Positions 1-10,038 are shown, counted from the first letter of the stretch. The stretch: DNA of 64,000 nucleotides from Candidatus Omnitrophota bacterium (GCA_014729775.1 WJJJ01000006.1:16694-80693); one strand, 5' to 3'. Numbers and translations are program-made. The notes: a model not told the origin generated them from the letters alone.

Positions 1-894
1 CATCCTTTTTTCATTGTCTCTCTTTCCCTGCCGCCTTCGGAGCTTGACGTCAACGTACACCCCACCAAACGAGAGGTGAAACTGAAACACGAAACCGAAA
101 TAATCCGGATACTGCGCCGGGTCTGTGAAAACGCGCTCGTTTCCGACAGCAAAGCGAAACAGGCGGCGCAGCCGTTTACCCTGCGCGAACCCTCCGTTGA
201 AGGGCTCCGTGGGGAAGAAGCCGAAACTGCAGGCGTATCCCCCGATCCGGCCGCGAACACACCGCCGCGCCAGTATACTCTGGATACCGCAACCCCGTCT
301 TCCACTCCTGCCGCGCCTGCGCCCGGCAGGCTGAAAGATCTGCTCACGGCCGCTCGGTACATCGGACCGTTCCGCAAGAAATACCTACTGTTCGAAGCCG
401 ACCGTTCCCTTCTGATCATCGACCAGCATGCCGCGCAGGAACGGATCACTTATGAACAACTGCTCACCCAGGCATCCCGCGGCCGGGTCGAATCGCAACG
501 GCTTTTGGAACCGGTATTAGTTCGCGTTTCAGCGCAGGAAATACTTCTGTGGGAAATCCTGGAATCAAAACTGGAAAAACTCGGCTTCTCCACTACGAAA
601 TGGTCCCCGGACACGCTGGCAGTTCATGCTCATCCCGCGCTGATTACCGAAGCGGAAATCGCACTGCGGAATCTGCTGACCAAAGAAGAACGTACCGGAT
701 TCAATCTCGAAAACCTCGCTCGGCGGGCCTGTAAAGATTCTCTCACCGCCGGCTACCGGATGGACCCGGCCCAGGCAAAATTCATCATGCGCCAGCTTTG
801 CTCGTGTGCCGATCCTTTCGTCTGCCCGCACGGCCGTCCGACGGTAGCTGAAATACGGGAACATACTTTTGAGCGTGAATTTTTACGAAGGTAG
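1..894 (+). CDS. mutL: DNA mismatch repair protein MutL, C-terminal part (5' end outside window)
   Basis: Frame is open from base 1 and reads ELDVNVHPTKREV. Endonuclease motifs DQHAAQERITYE, ACK and CPHGRP are present. Confidence 0.95.
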   Translation, partial: HPFFIVSLSLPPSELDVNVHPTKREVKLKHETEIIRILRRVCENALVSDSKAKQAAQPFTLREPSVEGLRGEEAETAGVSPDPAANTPPRQYTLDTATPSSTPAAPAPGRLKDLLTAARYIGPFRKKYLLFEADRSLLIIDQHAAQERITYEQLLTQASRGRVESQRLLEPVLVRVSAQEILLWEILESKLEKLGFSTTKWSPDTLAVHAHPALITEAEIALRNLLTKEERTGFNLENLARRACKDSLTAGYRMDPAQAKFIMRQLCSCADPFVCPHGRPTVAEIREHTFEREFLRR

Positions 895-906
895 GGAAAT
901 GAGTAA

Positions 907-931
907 GAGGGGATCCCTGCAGAATCCTCTC
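907..931. terminator. Possible hairpin between convergent mutL and the HD gene
   Basis: GAGGGGAT-N9-ATCCTCTC imperfect stem in the only convergent spacer of the window. Confidence 0.3.
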
Positions 932-1003
932 TCCTTCCGTGGCTGGCCAGAATAACTCTCTCTTCCCAAGATGAACATGCGATAAACAAGGGTTTCGTGA
1001 AAT

Positions 1004-1582
1004 TTACCGCCGGAACTCGCTCAAACTAAGCCACCAATCGTTACAGCCCATCGAGCCGGCGGTATCCCACAGACGGCGGGCACTTTCGGTGTGCAGGTAC
1101 CGCGGCGCCTTGCGCATGAATTTTTCCGCCTGCTGAAATCCCTGCTCATGATATTCCTTCGCCTGAATCAGGCATTCCAGAATATCGGCATCGCGTGCGA
1201 TATGGCTTTCCGGCGACAGCTGATCGCAGTACTCGGCGCGCATGCAGGAGAATTCATCCTTCATCGCCGGCGGTAATTTTTCGATCTGCTCCGCGAAACA
1301 CGAATCCTCGGCACGGGGAAGGTCAAAATATTTCTGAGCGAGTTTATGGAGATCCGTAATGCGCGCTTCGTGAATATCATTAAACAGCGTCATCAGCAGC
1401 ACCCGGTAAGGATGCACATTCTCCAGACGGGCCAGCACGTATCCGATCACCGCGCAGCGAAAGCTGTGGTCGGCGACGCTCTCCGCCGACGGAACGCCTA
1501 CTACCGACCATCCCGAACGGCGGACACGTTTCAGCATTCCCGCTTCCAGCACAAACTGAAAAATATTTTGGTAATTATCCAT
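1004..1582 (-). CDS. HD-superfamily hydrolase (YfbR/HDDC2-like)
   Basis: LKRVRRSGW, ESVADHSFR and DADILE motifs. The HD dyad reads ND (LFNDIHEAR). Confidence 0.85.
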   Translation of the reverse strand: MDNYQNIFQFVLEAGMLKRVRRSGWSVVGVPSAESVADHSFRCAVIGYVLARLENVHPYRVLLMTLFNDIHEARITDLHKLAQKYFDLPRAEDSCFAEQIEKLPPAMKDEFSCMRAEYCDQLSPESHIARDADILECLIQAKEYHEQGFQQAEKFMRKAPRYLHTESARRLWDTAGSMGCNDWWLSLSEFRR

Positions 1583-2318
1583 TCATCTCCCGCTGCTTTG
1601 CAACTTCATAACAGAATATCGCGCAGGCCATGGCCACGTTCAGTGAAAGCGCCGCTCCCTGCATGGGAATGCACGTTTCAATGTCCAGGTGCTTGCGCAC
1701 CCCGTAACGGACGCCCGCGCCTTCCGATCCGAGCACGATACCCGCCGGACAGGGAATACTTAATTCGGGGAGCTTTTTCGCTTCCCCGGAGAGCACCCCC
1801 CCCAGGAGCCAGTATCCGTGCTTTTTCGCCTCAAGCAGCGCGTTGGAAAGATTTGCAACCTTGCACACCGGCACATAGTTTTCTCCGCCGGAAGCCACAT
1901 GCAGTACCGCTTCAGTAACCTCACAGGCCTTATGAGCCGGGATGACCACGGCAAACTTCCCGAAACAGGCCGCCGTGCGGATGATCACTCCCAGATTCTG
2001 CGGATCATGGAGCCGGTCAAGGAAAATGAGCGTGTACCGTTGGCGGCGCTCATCACACAAGGTGAAATCCTCCAGCGCGGCGTATTCGAACCGCTGTACC
2101 CGGGCGACGATACCCTGAAGATCCCGGGCGGGTTTCATGCTTTCCAGCTTCTTCGCCGACACAGTCTCTACCGGAATCCGGTTGCGGCGGAGGGCCTTTT
2201 CGATATGCGGAACGTCGAAACTGTCACGCACGAATACTTTCCGCACGGTGTGGGGATTGGTTTTAAGCCGTTCATATACGGAATTCCTCCCGTACAACAG
2301 CATGTATTTTTTTACCAT
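1575..2318 (-). CDS. rlmB: 23S rRNA 2'-O-ribose methyltransferase, SpoU/TrmH family (RlmB-like)
   Basis: YGRNSV N-terminus, DPQNLGVIIRTA, VLGSEGAG, IPMQG and LSLNVA SPOUT motifs. Confidence 0.88.
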   Translation of the reverse strand: MVKKYMLLYGRNSVYERLKTNPHTVRKVFVRDSFDVPHIEKALRRNRIPVETVSAKKLESMKPARDLQGIVARVQRFEYAALEDFTLCDERRQRYTLIFLDRLHDPQNLGVIIRTAACFGKFAVVIPAHKACEVTEAVLHVASGGENYVPVCKVANLSNALLEAKKHGYWLLGGVLSGEAKKLPELSIPCPAGIVLGSEGAGVRYGVRKHLDIETCIPMQGAALSLNVAMACAIFCYEVAKQREMNG

Positions 2319-2336
2319 GTTGCTGCGGATATATCC

Positions 2337-2576
2337 CTAATCCATCTGCTGGATCGCTTCCTGCAATAACGGCAAAACGTGCTCGGCCTCTTCTTTGGTA
2401 AGACGGCCCAACTTCGCGAAACGATATTCTCCGCTCTGGTCCTTGTTTTCACGGCTGATCTGAATCTTCTTCGCGCCCTTGTTATACGAATAAATCTTCA
2501 CCGACAGCCGTTCATACTCATTCTCCCAGTCCTTGGAAAACACGCATTCGTCCAGATTCGGATCGTAGGGCATCAC
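2337..2576 (-). CDS. Small conserved-looking protein, possibly PC4/YdbC-like ssDNA-binding fold
   Basis: Strong RBS (GGAGG) upstream. The pattern SYNKGAKKIQISRE...KLGRLTKEE resembles YdbC/PC4. Confidence 0.6.
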   Translation of the reverse strand: MMPYDPNLDECVFSKDWENEYERLSVKIYSYNKGAKKIQISRENKDQSGEYRFAKLGRLTKEEAEHVLPLLQEAIQQMD

Positions 2577-2689
2577 AACCTCCTTTTTTCATACCCGATC
2601 ACACACACAAACTCAAAATCCTCAAGAACCGCAAAACCTAAAATTCAACACCGAAAAATATTCCGAAAGTGACCATTTCTGCTACTTCT

Positions 2690-2780
2690 ACGTTTTTGGC
2701 TCTGCCCTCTTACTTCTTATTTCTTACTACTTACTTCTTTCTTCCCCCTGAGGATCACGCATCCAGGATCCGGAACCTCC
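2690..2780. repeat. Degenerate heptamer arrays (CTTACTT-type followed by GGATCC-type)
   Basis: cttacttcttatttcttactacttacttc, then ggatcacgcatccaggatccggaacc. Confidence 0.6.
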
Positions 2781-2788
2781 CCAAATGT

Positions 2789-3337
2789 TCATCCCACCCA
2801 AAAATTATTTTTCTTCGCCGTTTGCCGGTCAATCATCACATGCTTATCCGGCACCATGCGTAAACTTTCGTGAATCGCCTGATCGAAGGTATACAGCTCG
2901 ATATGCTTGGCATGATATTCCTTGATCTGTTTAATCACATCGACAAAATCCGAATCTCCGGTGATCAGCGCGGCCACATCGTAATGGTTCATCACGGCTT
3001 TGGAAAACATATCCACCGCAATCTTTACGTCCAGACCCTTCTGCATCCAGTCTTTATTCATGCGCACCAGGCGGCCGAGCTTTACCTCAAAATAAGGAAT
3101 ATGCACTTTCAGATTGTGCAGGTAATCCCTCTGTTCCTGAAACGTATGCGGGTTCTCCTCCTGACTGAATTCCGCCGAATAGTAATAACAGCGTATGAGG
3201 TGACGTCTTCGTGACACCCATTTGATGATATTTCCCCAGTGAATTTCCTTTCGGCGCACAAACCCGCGTTTGCCCTTAATTTCCTTCATTTTCTGCACGA
3301 CGTATTCCGCGTCGATAAAAATCATGATTCTTTTCAT
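2789..3337 (-). CDS. NYN domain protein (LabA/DUF88, PIN-like nuclease fold)
   Basis: FIDAEY, QKGLDVKIAVD and TGDSDF acidic motifs. Confidence 0.9.
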   Translation of the reverse strand: MKRIMIFIDAEYVVQKMKEIKGKRGFVRRKEIHWGNIIKWVSRRRHLIRCYYYSAEFSQEENPHTFQEQRDYLHNLKVHIPYFEVKLGRLVRMNKDWMQKGLDVKIAVDMFSKAVMNHYDVAALITGDSDFVDVIKQIKEYHAKHIELYTFDQAIHESLRMVPDKHVMIDRQTAKKNNFWVG

Positions 3338-3362
3338 TGTATTTCCTTTATGTTTTTCGTTT

Positions 3363-3899
3363 CTATTGTACTTTGCGTATATACTTGCGCAGCGCGCGCC
3401 ATGTGTTCTCGCCTATCTTCCCGTCGGCCGTCAGCCCCTTTTCTTTCTGAAAGCGGACCAGCGCTTTCCGGGTGCGCGGCCCTTTTTTCCCGTCAATCGG
3501 ACCGGGATCATAGCCCGCGTTCACCAGCGCCTGCTGCATTTCCCTCATATTGATCTTGGAAGGAGAAAAATCGGCCTCATAGATCCTGACCAGCGAATCC
3601 CATGTCTTGTGGTCGGCGTATCCGGTCACGTTGAGTCCGAAATCCTCCTGAAATTCCCGCAGCGCGTCCCGGGTATGAAATCCCAGTTCTCCGTCGGGCG
3701 TACCCGGATTGTATCCGGCCGATTTGAGTAATTCCTGCAGTTCCTCCACTTTCGGATTATATCCGGCCACATCCCCGAACAACTCGCGTTCCTGCGCCAT
3801 TTCTTTCTGCAAAACCCGGAGCAGGAAATCGCATCCGCTGCACATCGTCCCTCCCAGTAACAGTACCGCAATCGCGGCGCCAATTCTGATCCGCCCCAT
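3363..3899 (-). CDS. Lipoprotein with two peptidoglycan-binding (PG_binding_1) domains
   Basis: Signal peptide ending CSGC. Two repeats: LQELLKSAGYNPGTPDG...FQ and MQQALVNAGYDPGPIDG...FQKEKGLTADG. Confidence 0.88.
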   Translation of the reverse strand: MGRIRIGAAIAVLLLGGTMCSGCDFLLRVLQKEMAQERELFGDVAGYNPKVEELQELLKSAGYNPGTPDGELGFHTRDALREFQEDFGLNVTGYADHKTWDSLVRIYEADFSPSKINMREMQQALVNAGYDPGPIDGKKGPRTRKALVRFQKEKGLTADGKIGENTWRALRKYIRKVQ

Positions 3900-3901
3900 A
3901 C

Positions 3902-4120
3902 TTAAGATTTACGGTAGGTAATTCTTCCTTTACTGAGATCATAGGGGGAGAGTTCCACCTTTACTTTGTCGCCGGGAAGAATCCGGATGAAGAATTTGCG
4001 CATCTTTCCGCTTGGATACGCAGTGATCTTGTGTCCGTTCTCCAGCTCAACCCGGAACAATGAATTACCCAATACTTCCGATACTTTACCTTCGACCTCT
4101 ATGGCCTCTTCTTTTCCCAT
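3902..4120 (-). CDS. infA: Translation initiation factor IF-1
   Basis: [11 protein letters not shown]...[34 protein letters not shown]. Start placed at ATG 4120 behind an AGGAGG RBS. Confidence 0.97.
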   Translation of the reverse strand: MGKEEAIEVEGKVSEVLGNSLFRVELENGHKITAYPSGKMRKFFIRILPGDKVKVELSPYDLSKGRITYRKS

Positions 4121-4800
4121 ACACCCTCCTTTTTTTGAAAATTTTGTCCTCTGTTCTCCCCTCGCGACATCGTTTCCTCCAACAGCCCTACCCGAAGACC
4201 GCAGGCGCGTATGCTTCGCACCAGCGCCGGCAGGATAGAAATCGTCGAGTCGCGTTTCCCCCACAGTGATTTTTCCGCCCCGTCATGAAGAAGAAAAATA
4301 TCACCCGGGGAAACTTCTCCGCCGAGCAAACTCCGGCGCATCAAAAACGGAACTCCCATCCAGTCATAGCTGGACTTCGACCAGCGCACCGAAATATACC
4401 CCAGTTCGCGCACACTCCGTTCCATGGCCGCGTGAAACCAGTCCCATAACGCCCAGGTCGGCCGAAAATAACGGGGCTCGGTCCCGGTAATATCGGCAAT
4501 CGCTTTGTGCGCGTCAGCTACTTCCCCGCGCATCGCCCGGTAATTCAGGATCGGACTCACCGGATGAGAGTAGGTGTGGTTGCCGATCTCATGCCCCTGC
4601 TGGGCTATCCGCCGCACCAGAGCCGAATAACGCGCTGCCCTTCGGCCGACGAGAAAGAAACTCGCGCGGACCTCGTAACGGGCCAGCACGTCGAGAAGCC
4701 GGGGGGTATATTCCGGATGCGGCCCGTCGTCGAACGTCAGCGCCACGCATCCCGCGGCCGGACTTATGCTCTCTTGGACGACTAACCCGCTTTTATTCAT
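4099..4800 (-). CDS. Polysaccharide deacetylase (NodB/CE4)
   Basis: [19 protein letters not shown] and LLHDG motifs. Confidence 0.92.
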   Translation of the reverse strand: MNKSGLVVQESISPAAGCVALTFDDGPHPEYTPRLLDVLARYEVRASFFLVGRRAARYSALVRRIAQQGHEIGNHTYSHPVSPILNYRAMRGEVADAHKAIADITGTEPRYFRPTWALWDWFHAAMERSVRELGYISVRWSKSSYDWMGVPFLMRRSLLGGEVSPGDIFLLHDGAEKSLWGKRDSTISILPALVRSIRACGLRVGLLEETMSRGENRGQNFQKKEGVWEKKRP

Positions 4801-5473
4801 ACCTTTTCCCGTATTCCATATAATACAGAGGCGCGCGATGAAGCCATGCCTCCCAGGTCTTCACCCGAGTCACGTCCAGCCGGCGGAACCCGAACCGTTC
4901 AAAAAACGCAAACCGCGGCACCTGCCGCAATGCCCTGAACCGGATACCCCAGCGCCGCCGCGCCGCTTCCTCCAGCAGGGGAATCAACAGTTTCCGGCCG
5001 ATGCCCCGGCCGCGGTATCCGTCCATGATATTCTGATGTATGTGCACCGGATATTCGCGCGCGGCGCACGGCCGCAGCCGGGCATCCCCCTGAAAGGCGG
5101 AGAGCACATTGTATTTAATCATTCGTCCGGTTTTGGCGCTGAAAATCTTTCCCCGCGCGAGCATTTTGGCCAGGCTCACCGGCAATATCCTCAAAAGCAT
5201 CGTTCTGGAGTAGGCGCGGTCATCAACGCAGGCGCACACATACCCGACAGGTGTGCCCTGTTCTTCAGCGACCCAGGTGTATCTCGAATCATAATCAGTA
5301 AAATATTTCATTACCAGATCCGCGAGCAGTTCCCTGTCGGGAAAGAACACCTCGCACGGCTCGCCGAAATGCGCGGTATCACAACAAATGCGCCGCAGGG
5401 CATCCCGGTCTTTCGGTAAAAATTTCCTCACCGTAATCCGGGCCGCCTCATTCCGCGGAGAAACGGTTGTCAT
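4793..5473 (-). CDS. GNAT family N-acetyltransferase
   Basis: HIHQNIMDGYRGRGIGRKL acetyl-CoA motif and FFERFGF. Start set at ATG 5473 because the longer ORF overlaps the upstream gene. Confidence 0.8.
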   Translation of the reverse strand: MTTVSPRNEAARITVRKFLPKDRDALRRICCDTAHFGEPCEVFFPDRELLADLVMKYFTDYDSRYTWVAEEQGTPVGYVCACVDDRAYSRTMLLRILPVSLAKMLARGKIFSAKTGRMIKYNVLSAFQGDARLRPCAAREYPVHIHQNIMDGYRGRGIGRKLLIPLLEEAARRRWGIRFRALRQVPRFAFFERFGFRRLDVTRVKTWEAWLHRAPLYYMEYGKRYE

Positions 5474-6026
5474 CAGACTCCTCCGGCAAATATGTAAATC
5501 GATATTTTGCTTTGGCAAGCTTTTCGAACAGCGCCGCTTCCTGGCTGAACGACGGCGAAATATCGACAATTTTGGAAAATCCCTCCCAGATCCCAAACCA
5601 CCCTAAAGGCATTAATACGATCCCGACTATTTCCAGCGTGAATTCACTGAATATCCGGTAATAGGCCGCAAACGTGAGTGACGCGAGAAAAAAAATCCCG
5701 AAACACACGAACATCGCGCCGCGCAGCCGTACGCGGCGAATTTCTTTGAGCCGCCTCAGCGAACGCTGCCGGAAATGCCGCGAAAGGCGCTGCGTAACCA
5801 TCGTTTCAGACTGCGGATCCCGGAGATCTTTGGGGGCACAGATCGTCACCGCTAAATCTCCGGTTTTTGTCTCCCGGTAGCGCTTGCGTAATTCCTGCAT
5901 AAAATCTTCCGAGAGAGTCCGTTGATTGAGCGGAGACGGATCAAAATCGGAAAACACATCATCCCAATCGTCGATCGCGATGACAATGTTATTTAAGCGT
6001 TTGAACTGGCTTTGTTCACCTTTCAT
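5448..6026 (-). CDS. Hypothetical membrane protein
   Basis: FSDFDPSP motif and two C-terminal TM helices. TGCTATAAT promoter element lies at 6040-6048. Confidence 0.7.
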   Translation of the reverse strand: MKGEQSQFKRLNNIVIAIDDWDDVFSDFDPSPLNQRTLSEDFMQELRKRYRETKTGDLAVTICAPKDLRDPQSETMVTQRLSRHFRQRSLRRLKEIRRVRLRGAMFVCFGIFFLASLTFAAYYRIFSEFTLEIVGIVLMPLGWFGIWEGFSKIVDISPSFSQEAALFEKLAKAKYRFTYLPEESDDNRFSAE

Positions 6027-6086
6027 ATGAAATTTTTTGATTATAGCAAAAATCAGGCACGATGTCGAGATGCAGCGTGCATGGAT

Positions 6087-7319
6087 TTATTCTCCCCGTT
6101 CCCGCCACAGGAAGACCTTGTCACCGGGACGGACCCGGAACGGGAGCTTCACTCCGGCACGCTGCCCCTGTTCGGCTGCGGCAACACGCTGATGTTCCTG
6201 TTCTATTTCGCGCACTATCGCCGAAAGACCCGGGGTATGCCTGCCCCGCACAAGGACCCGATCACCCTGCCGAAGCCGGTGATGGGAGATTTTTATTTCG
6301 GCAACGCTGATTTTACTGAAAAAACGCACTATTCTGCCGATATATATTTTTTCCCGGGTATGCTCCAGTCCCTGACTCCATTCTTCCCGCGGAACGCCGA
6401 AATAAAAGCCCGAAGAAAACCCGCGCGTATAGACCCGGCTCAATTCGCGTCGGTAGGCGTCTTTTTTACCGGCGTCCAGTGTACCGTCTTGCCAGTCATC
6501 AATCGCCCGGCGGTACACGCCCGTAACCGTTCCCACGTATTCCGGGGCACGTTTGCGACCTTCTATTTTACAGGCGTCCACCCCGGCATCCAGCAGGCGA
6601 TCCAGGAAATCTATAGTACAAAGGTCTTTGGGACTCAGGACGTAATTTTGGCCGAGGACGAAAGACGCATCGCCGTCGCTATCGATAATACGGTATTCCC
6701 GGCGACAAGGCTGGACACACTCGCCGCGATTGGCTGATTTCCCGTGGTGATAGAGAGAAAGAAAACAGCGTCCGGAAACGCTCACGCACATCGCGCCGTG
6801 GATAAACACCTCTATCTCCATTGCCTGCTCTGCTGCGCCCGGACGTAATTTTCGGATGTGTGCGAGCGAACACTCCCTGGCCAGAACCGCCCGGCGCACG
6901 CCCTGTTCCCGGTAACAAGCCAAAGCCGCCTGATTCGCCGCGCTGGCCTGTGTGGATAAATGCACCGGGAGATGATGCTTGGCGGCGGACGTGATTACTC
7001 CCATATCCCAGGCAATCACCGCGTCGACTCCTGCCGCGGACGCTTCGCTCAGGATCCTCTCCGCTTTCTTGAGCTCATCATCAAATACAAAAACGTTCAA
7101 GGCCAGATACGCTTTGCAGCCGTGATGATGCAGAAAACGAACAACCTTGGCTAATTCTAAAAGGTCAAAATTGCGGGCGAGATTCCTCATATTGAGTCCC
7201 CGCACGCCGAAATACACCGCATCCGCCCCGTTTTCCACCGCGGCCCGCAGCCCGGCCCAATCCCCGCCCGGCGCGACAAGTTCCGGTTTTCGCCTCTTTT
7301 TCCCTTTTCCCTCACTCAT
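6087..7319 (-). CDS. Peptidase U32 family protein (TrhP/RlhA-like Fe-S RNA hydroxylase)
   Basis: PELVAPGG, GADAVYFG, HLSTQAS, LARE, EVFIHGAMCVSVSGRC...NRGECVQPCR and KIEGR. Confidence 0.92.
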   Translation of the reverse strand: MSEGKGKKRRKPELVAPGGDWAGLRAAVENGADAVYFGVRGLNMRNLARNFDLLELAKVVRFLHHHGCKAYLALNVFVFDDELKKAERILSEASAAGVDAVIAWDMGVITSAAKHHLPVHLSTQASAANQAALACYREQGVRRAVLARECSLAHIRKLRPGAAEQAMEIEVFIHGAMCVSVSGRCFLSLYHHGKSANRGECVQPCRREYRIIDSDGDASFVLGQNYVLSPKDLCTIDFLDRLLDAGVDACKIEGRKRAPEYVGTVTGVYRRAIDDWQDGTLDAGKKDAYRRELSRVYTRGFSSGFYFGVPREEWSQGLEHTREKIYIGRIVRFFSKISVAEIKISHHRLRQGDRVLVRGRHTPGLSAIVREIEQEHQRVAAAEQGQRAGVKLPFRVRPGDKVFLWRERGE

Positions 7320-8512
7320 AATTCACTGTTTTCCCGCGAGAGCAGACGGGCCCGCTGGATCGCCCCTGATCCGTACCTGGCCCTGATCTGTTCCACCGCC
7401 CGGTGCATCTGTTCCTGCCGTTCTTCGCGGCAGCCGTGGAACAGGAAATCCTTCTCCTCCTCCGGAACGAACTCAGACAGCCTGACCCCAAGCAGACGAA
7501 TTTTCCTACCTCCGGCGTCGAATCCGCGATACAACCGCCTGACCGCGGCGTATACCGTATCAACGAAATTAGTCGAAGCATTCATGGTACAGGTCCGCGT
7601 ATAGGTACGGAACCCTTCAAGCCGGATCTTCAGGCTCACTGTTTTTCCCTTATAGTGCTGAGCGCGCAGACGCGCCACTACATCCTCGCACAACCGCAGG
7701 AGATCGGTCTCCCGGCATTCATCTTTGAGGACATCCCGGGAATAGGTCAACTCCCGGCTGATCGATTTCGGTTCAGTCCCTGTCTCGATACCCCGGGGAT
7801 CAATCCCCCACGCAAGCTGATAAAGATGTGTGCCTGCCCTTCCCAGTTCCCGGTTGAGCAGAGCGGGATCCGCCCGCGCGATCTGTCCAATGCTCTGTAT
7901 ACCCATCACATGAAGCACCTCTTCCGTTTTTTTCCCCACTCCCCACAGCTTTCCGATCGGAAGACGCCATAAGAACCGAAGCTGTCCGGCCTCCGCGATG
8001 CAGGTAAACCCGTCCGGTTTACGGTAGTCGGAGGCGATTTTAGCGAGAAGCTTCGACGAAGCCAACCCTATTGAGGCAGTCAATTCCGTTTCCTCAAAAA
8101 TTACGCGTTTCATCCGGCGGCAGGCATTCTGCGGTCCGCCGAATAAATGCGCGCTTCCTGAAATATCAAGGAAGGCTTCATCAATACTTACCTTTTCGAT
8201 CAAAGGAGTAAACTGTTCCAGGATACGCAGAATTCGTGCCGATTCTCGCGCGTAGCGCCCCATGCGCACCGGTTGGAATTCCGCGCCGGGACAAAGTTGA
8301 TACGCCCGCGAAATCGGCATGGCCGAATGAATCCCGTACTTGCGTGCCTCATAGGAACAAGTCGACACTACCCCCCGTCCCCGACCGCCCAGAGGATCGG
8401 CTCCCACCACCACCGGTTTCCCCCGTAGTTCGGACCGGTCGCGCTGTTCTATGGCCGCGAAAAACGCGTCCATGTCGATGTGGACAATGTGCCTGGACAT
8501 ACCCTGCTTCAA
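7316..8512 (-). CDS. dinB: DNA polymerase IV (Y family)
   Basis: HIDMDAFFAAIE, CSYEARKYG, SIDEAFLD and KPDG. ATG at 8500 is an alternative start. Confidence 0.95.
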   Translation of the reverse strand: MKQGMSRHIVHIDMDAFFAAIEQRDRSELRGKPVVVGADPLGGRGRGVVSTCSYEARKYGIHSAMPISRAYQLCPGAEFQPVRMGRYARESARILRILEQFTPLIEKVSIDEAFLDISGSAHLFGGPQNACRRMKRVIFEETELTASIGLASSKLLAKIASDYRKPDGFTCIAEAGQLRFLWRLPIGKLWGVGKKTEEVLHVMGIQSIGQIARADPALLNRELGRAGTHLYQLAWGIDPRGIETGTEPKSISRELTYSRDVLKDECRETDLLRLCEDVVARLRAQHYKGKTVSLKIRLEGFRTYTRTCTMNASTNFVDTVYAAVRRLYRGFDAGGRKIRLLGVRLSEFVPEEEKDFLFHGCREERQEQMHRAVEQIRARYGSGAIQRARLLSRENSEL

Positions 8513-8775
8513 ACTCTAAACTCTCACTCCAAGACTCTGAATTCCCGCGATTATTTCTTACGCAGTGGCGGGATCCCGTTGAATACCCGAAGCGGCGCGG
8601 AATAACTCGAAAAGAGTCCCGATACATAATCGGGATTTCGGTAAAAAATCATGGCATTTTAAAAAACTTCAAAAAGAAAGAATTTTTTTGTTAAAAGGGC
8701 ATCTGCTTTGATCTTTGATTTTTTTTAGGATGCAGGATTTTGAGCTGAGAGTTTCGTCCTTCAAATTCAAGGCGA

Positions 8776-8967
8776 TCATTCGATATCTTCAAATTCCGCG
8801 TCGATAATTTTCTCTTCTTTTTCCGGCCGGCGAGTCTTCCGGGGATGAGACCGGGGCTTTCGGGAAAAAAACAATTTGTGCAGGAATGAAAACAGGATCG
8901 AGCTCAGCCAGAACGCGAACAAAAATAAGAGAATGAACTTCACTAAGGAAAGCAGCACCTGTCCCAT
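8776..8967 (-). CDS. Small membrane protein
   Basis: One TM helix and a C-terminal IIDAEFEDI motif. Lies directly after the MscS gene with an RBS (AAGGAG). Confidence 0.65.
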   Translation of the reverse strand: MGQVLLSLVKFILLFLFAFWLSSILFSFLHKLFFSRKPRSHPRKTRRPEKEEKIIDAEFEDIE

Positions 8968-8970
8968 TGT

Positions 8971-10038
8971 TTACTCCTTCGAAGAATTTCCGTATTTCTG
9001 GAGATAGAGCAGCTGGGTCGGATAGGCGAAATCGATACCGCTGGTTTCAAACCGTTCCTTCAACGCCAGATTGATCGTCTGCTGAATATCCATGTATTTG
9101 TTGTAGTCACTGCCCAGGATGTAATACACTACTTCGAAATCGAGGCTGAAGTTCCCGAAAGAGAAAAAATGCGCCCGGTCAAACGCGGTATCGGGGATCG
9201 ACTTGACGATCTCCTCTACCGCCGGAGGAATTTCTTTCAGCCGCTCGAGCGGAGTTTCATAGGTTACGCCGAATTTAAATACGACCCGCCGCCGTTCCAT
9301 CCTTTTGTAGTTGCGGATACGGGAATTCGTAAGATCGGTATTGGAAAAAATAAGCTGTTCTCCCCCCAGACTGCGTATCCTTGTCGTTTTGATCCCAATA
9401 TGCTCGATCACCCCGAGATAATCTCCGGTAATGATAAAATCTCCCAGTTCAAACGGCCGGTCGAACAAAATCGCGAAGTAACTGAACAGATCGCCGAGCA
9501 CGGTCTGTGCCGCCAGCGCCACCGCCACTCCGCCGATCCCCAGCCCCGCGACCACGGTGGACACGTTGTATCCGAGATTATCCAGGAGAAAAATGACCGC
9601 GAAAACCCATATCAATACCTTAATAAGCCGCATGATGCCCTGCAGACTTTTCTGCATGAGCGTCCCCTGCTCGGTCCGGTACGAACAATAAAGCTTAAAC
9701 CCGCATCCGGCAAGCATAACGAAAAACCGGGCGGTAAAAAACGTGAGCACCCCGGTCACGGCGAGACCCATGCCGTCGTCGAACGCGGCGGGCAGAGTAA
9801 GTGTACGCAGGGCGAGATACAATATTACGAAATATGCCAAGGGGAAACCCACGTTCCGGGTAATACAAATCAGAAAATCATCCACCCAGGTGCGGGTTTT
9901 TTCCGCCCAGACCTTCAGTTTGCGCAGGACAAAAAACTTCAGTATCCGCATCAGCAGGTACCCCAAGCAGAATATCCCCGCCGCGATCAAATATTCCATC
10001 ACCCGGTTGTTCGCGTATTCCATCTCCAGAAAGTTCAA
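8971..10038 (-). CDS. mscS: Small-conductance mechanosensitive channel (MscS family)
   Basis: AGLGIGGVAVALAAQ, DRPFELGD, IGIKTTRIRS and IDFAYPTQ. Confidence 0.93.
   Translation of the reverse strand: MNFLEMEYANNRVMEYLIAAGIFCLGYLLMRILKFFVLRKLKVWAEKTRTWVDDFLICITRNVGFPLAYFVILYLALRTLTLPAAFDDGMGLAVTGVLTFFTARFFVMLAGCGFKLYCSYRTEQGTLMQKSLQGIMRLIKVLIWVFAVIFLLDNLGYNVSTVVAGLGIGGVAVALAAQTVLGDLFSYFAILFDRPFELGDFIITGDYLGVIEHIGIKTTRIRSLGGEQLIFSNTDLTNSRIRNYKRMERRRVVFKFGVTYETPLERLKEIPPAVEEIVKSIPDTAFDRAHFFSFGNFSLDFEVVYYILGSDYNKYMDIQQTINLALKERFETSGIDFAYPTQLLYLQKYGNSSKE

Noticed and set aside
8533-8618. c-di-AMP (ydaO) riboswitch resemblance
   Set aside because: Only scattered words match (CTGAAT, CCCGAA), the core is missing, and it is on the strand opposite dinB.
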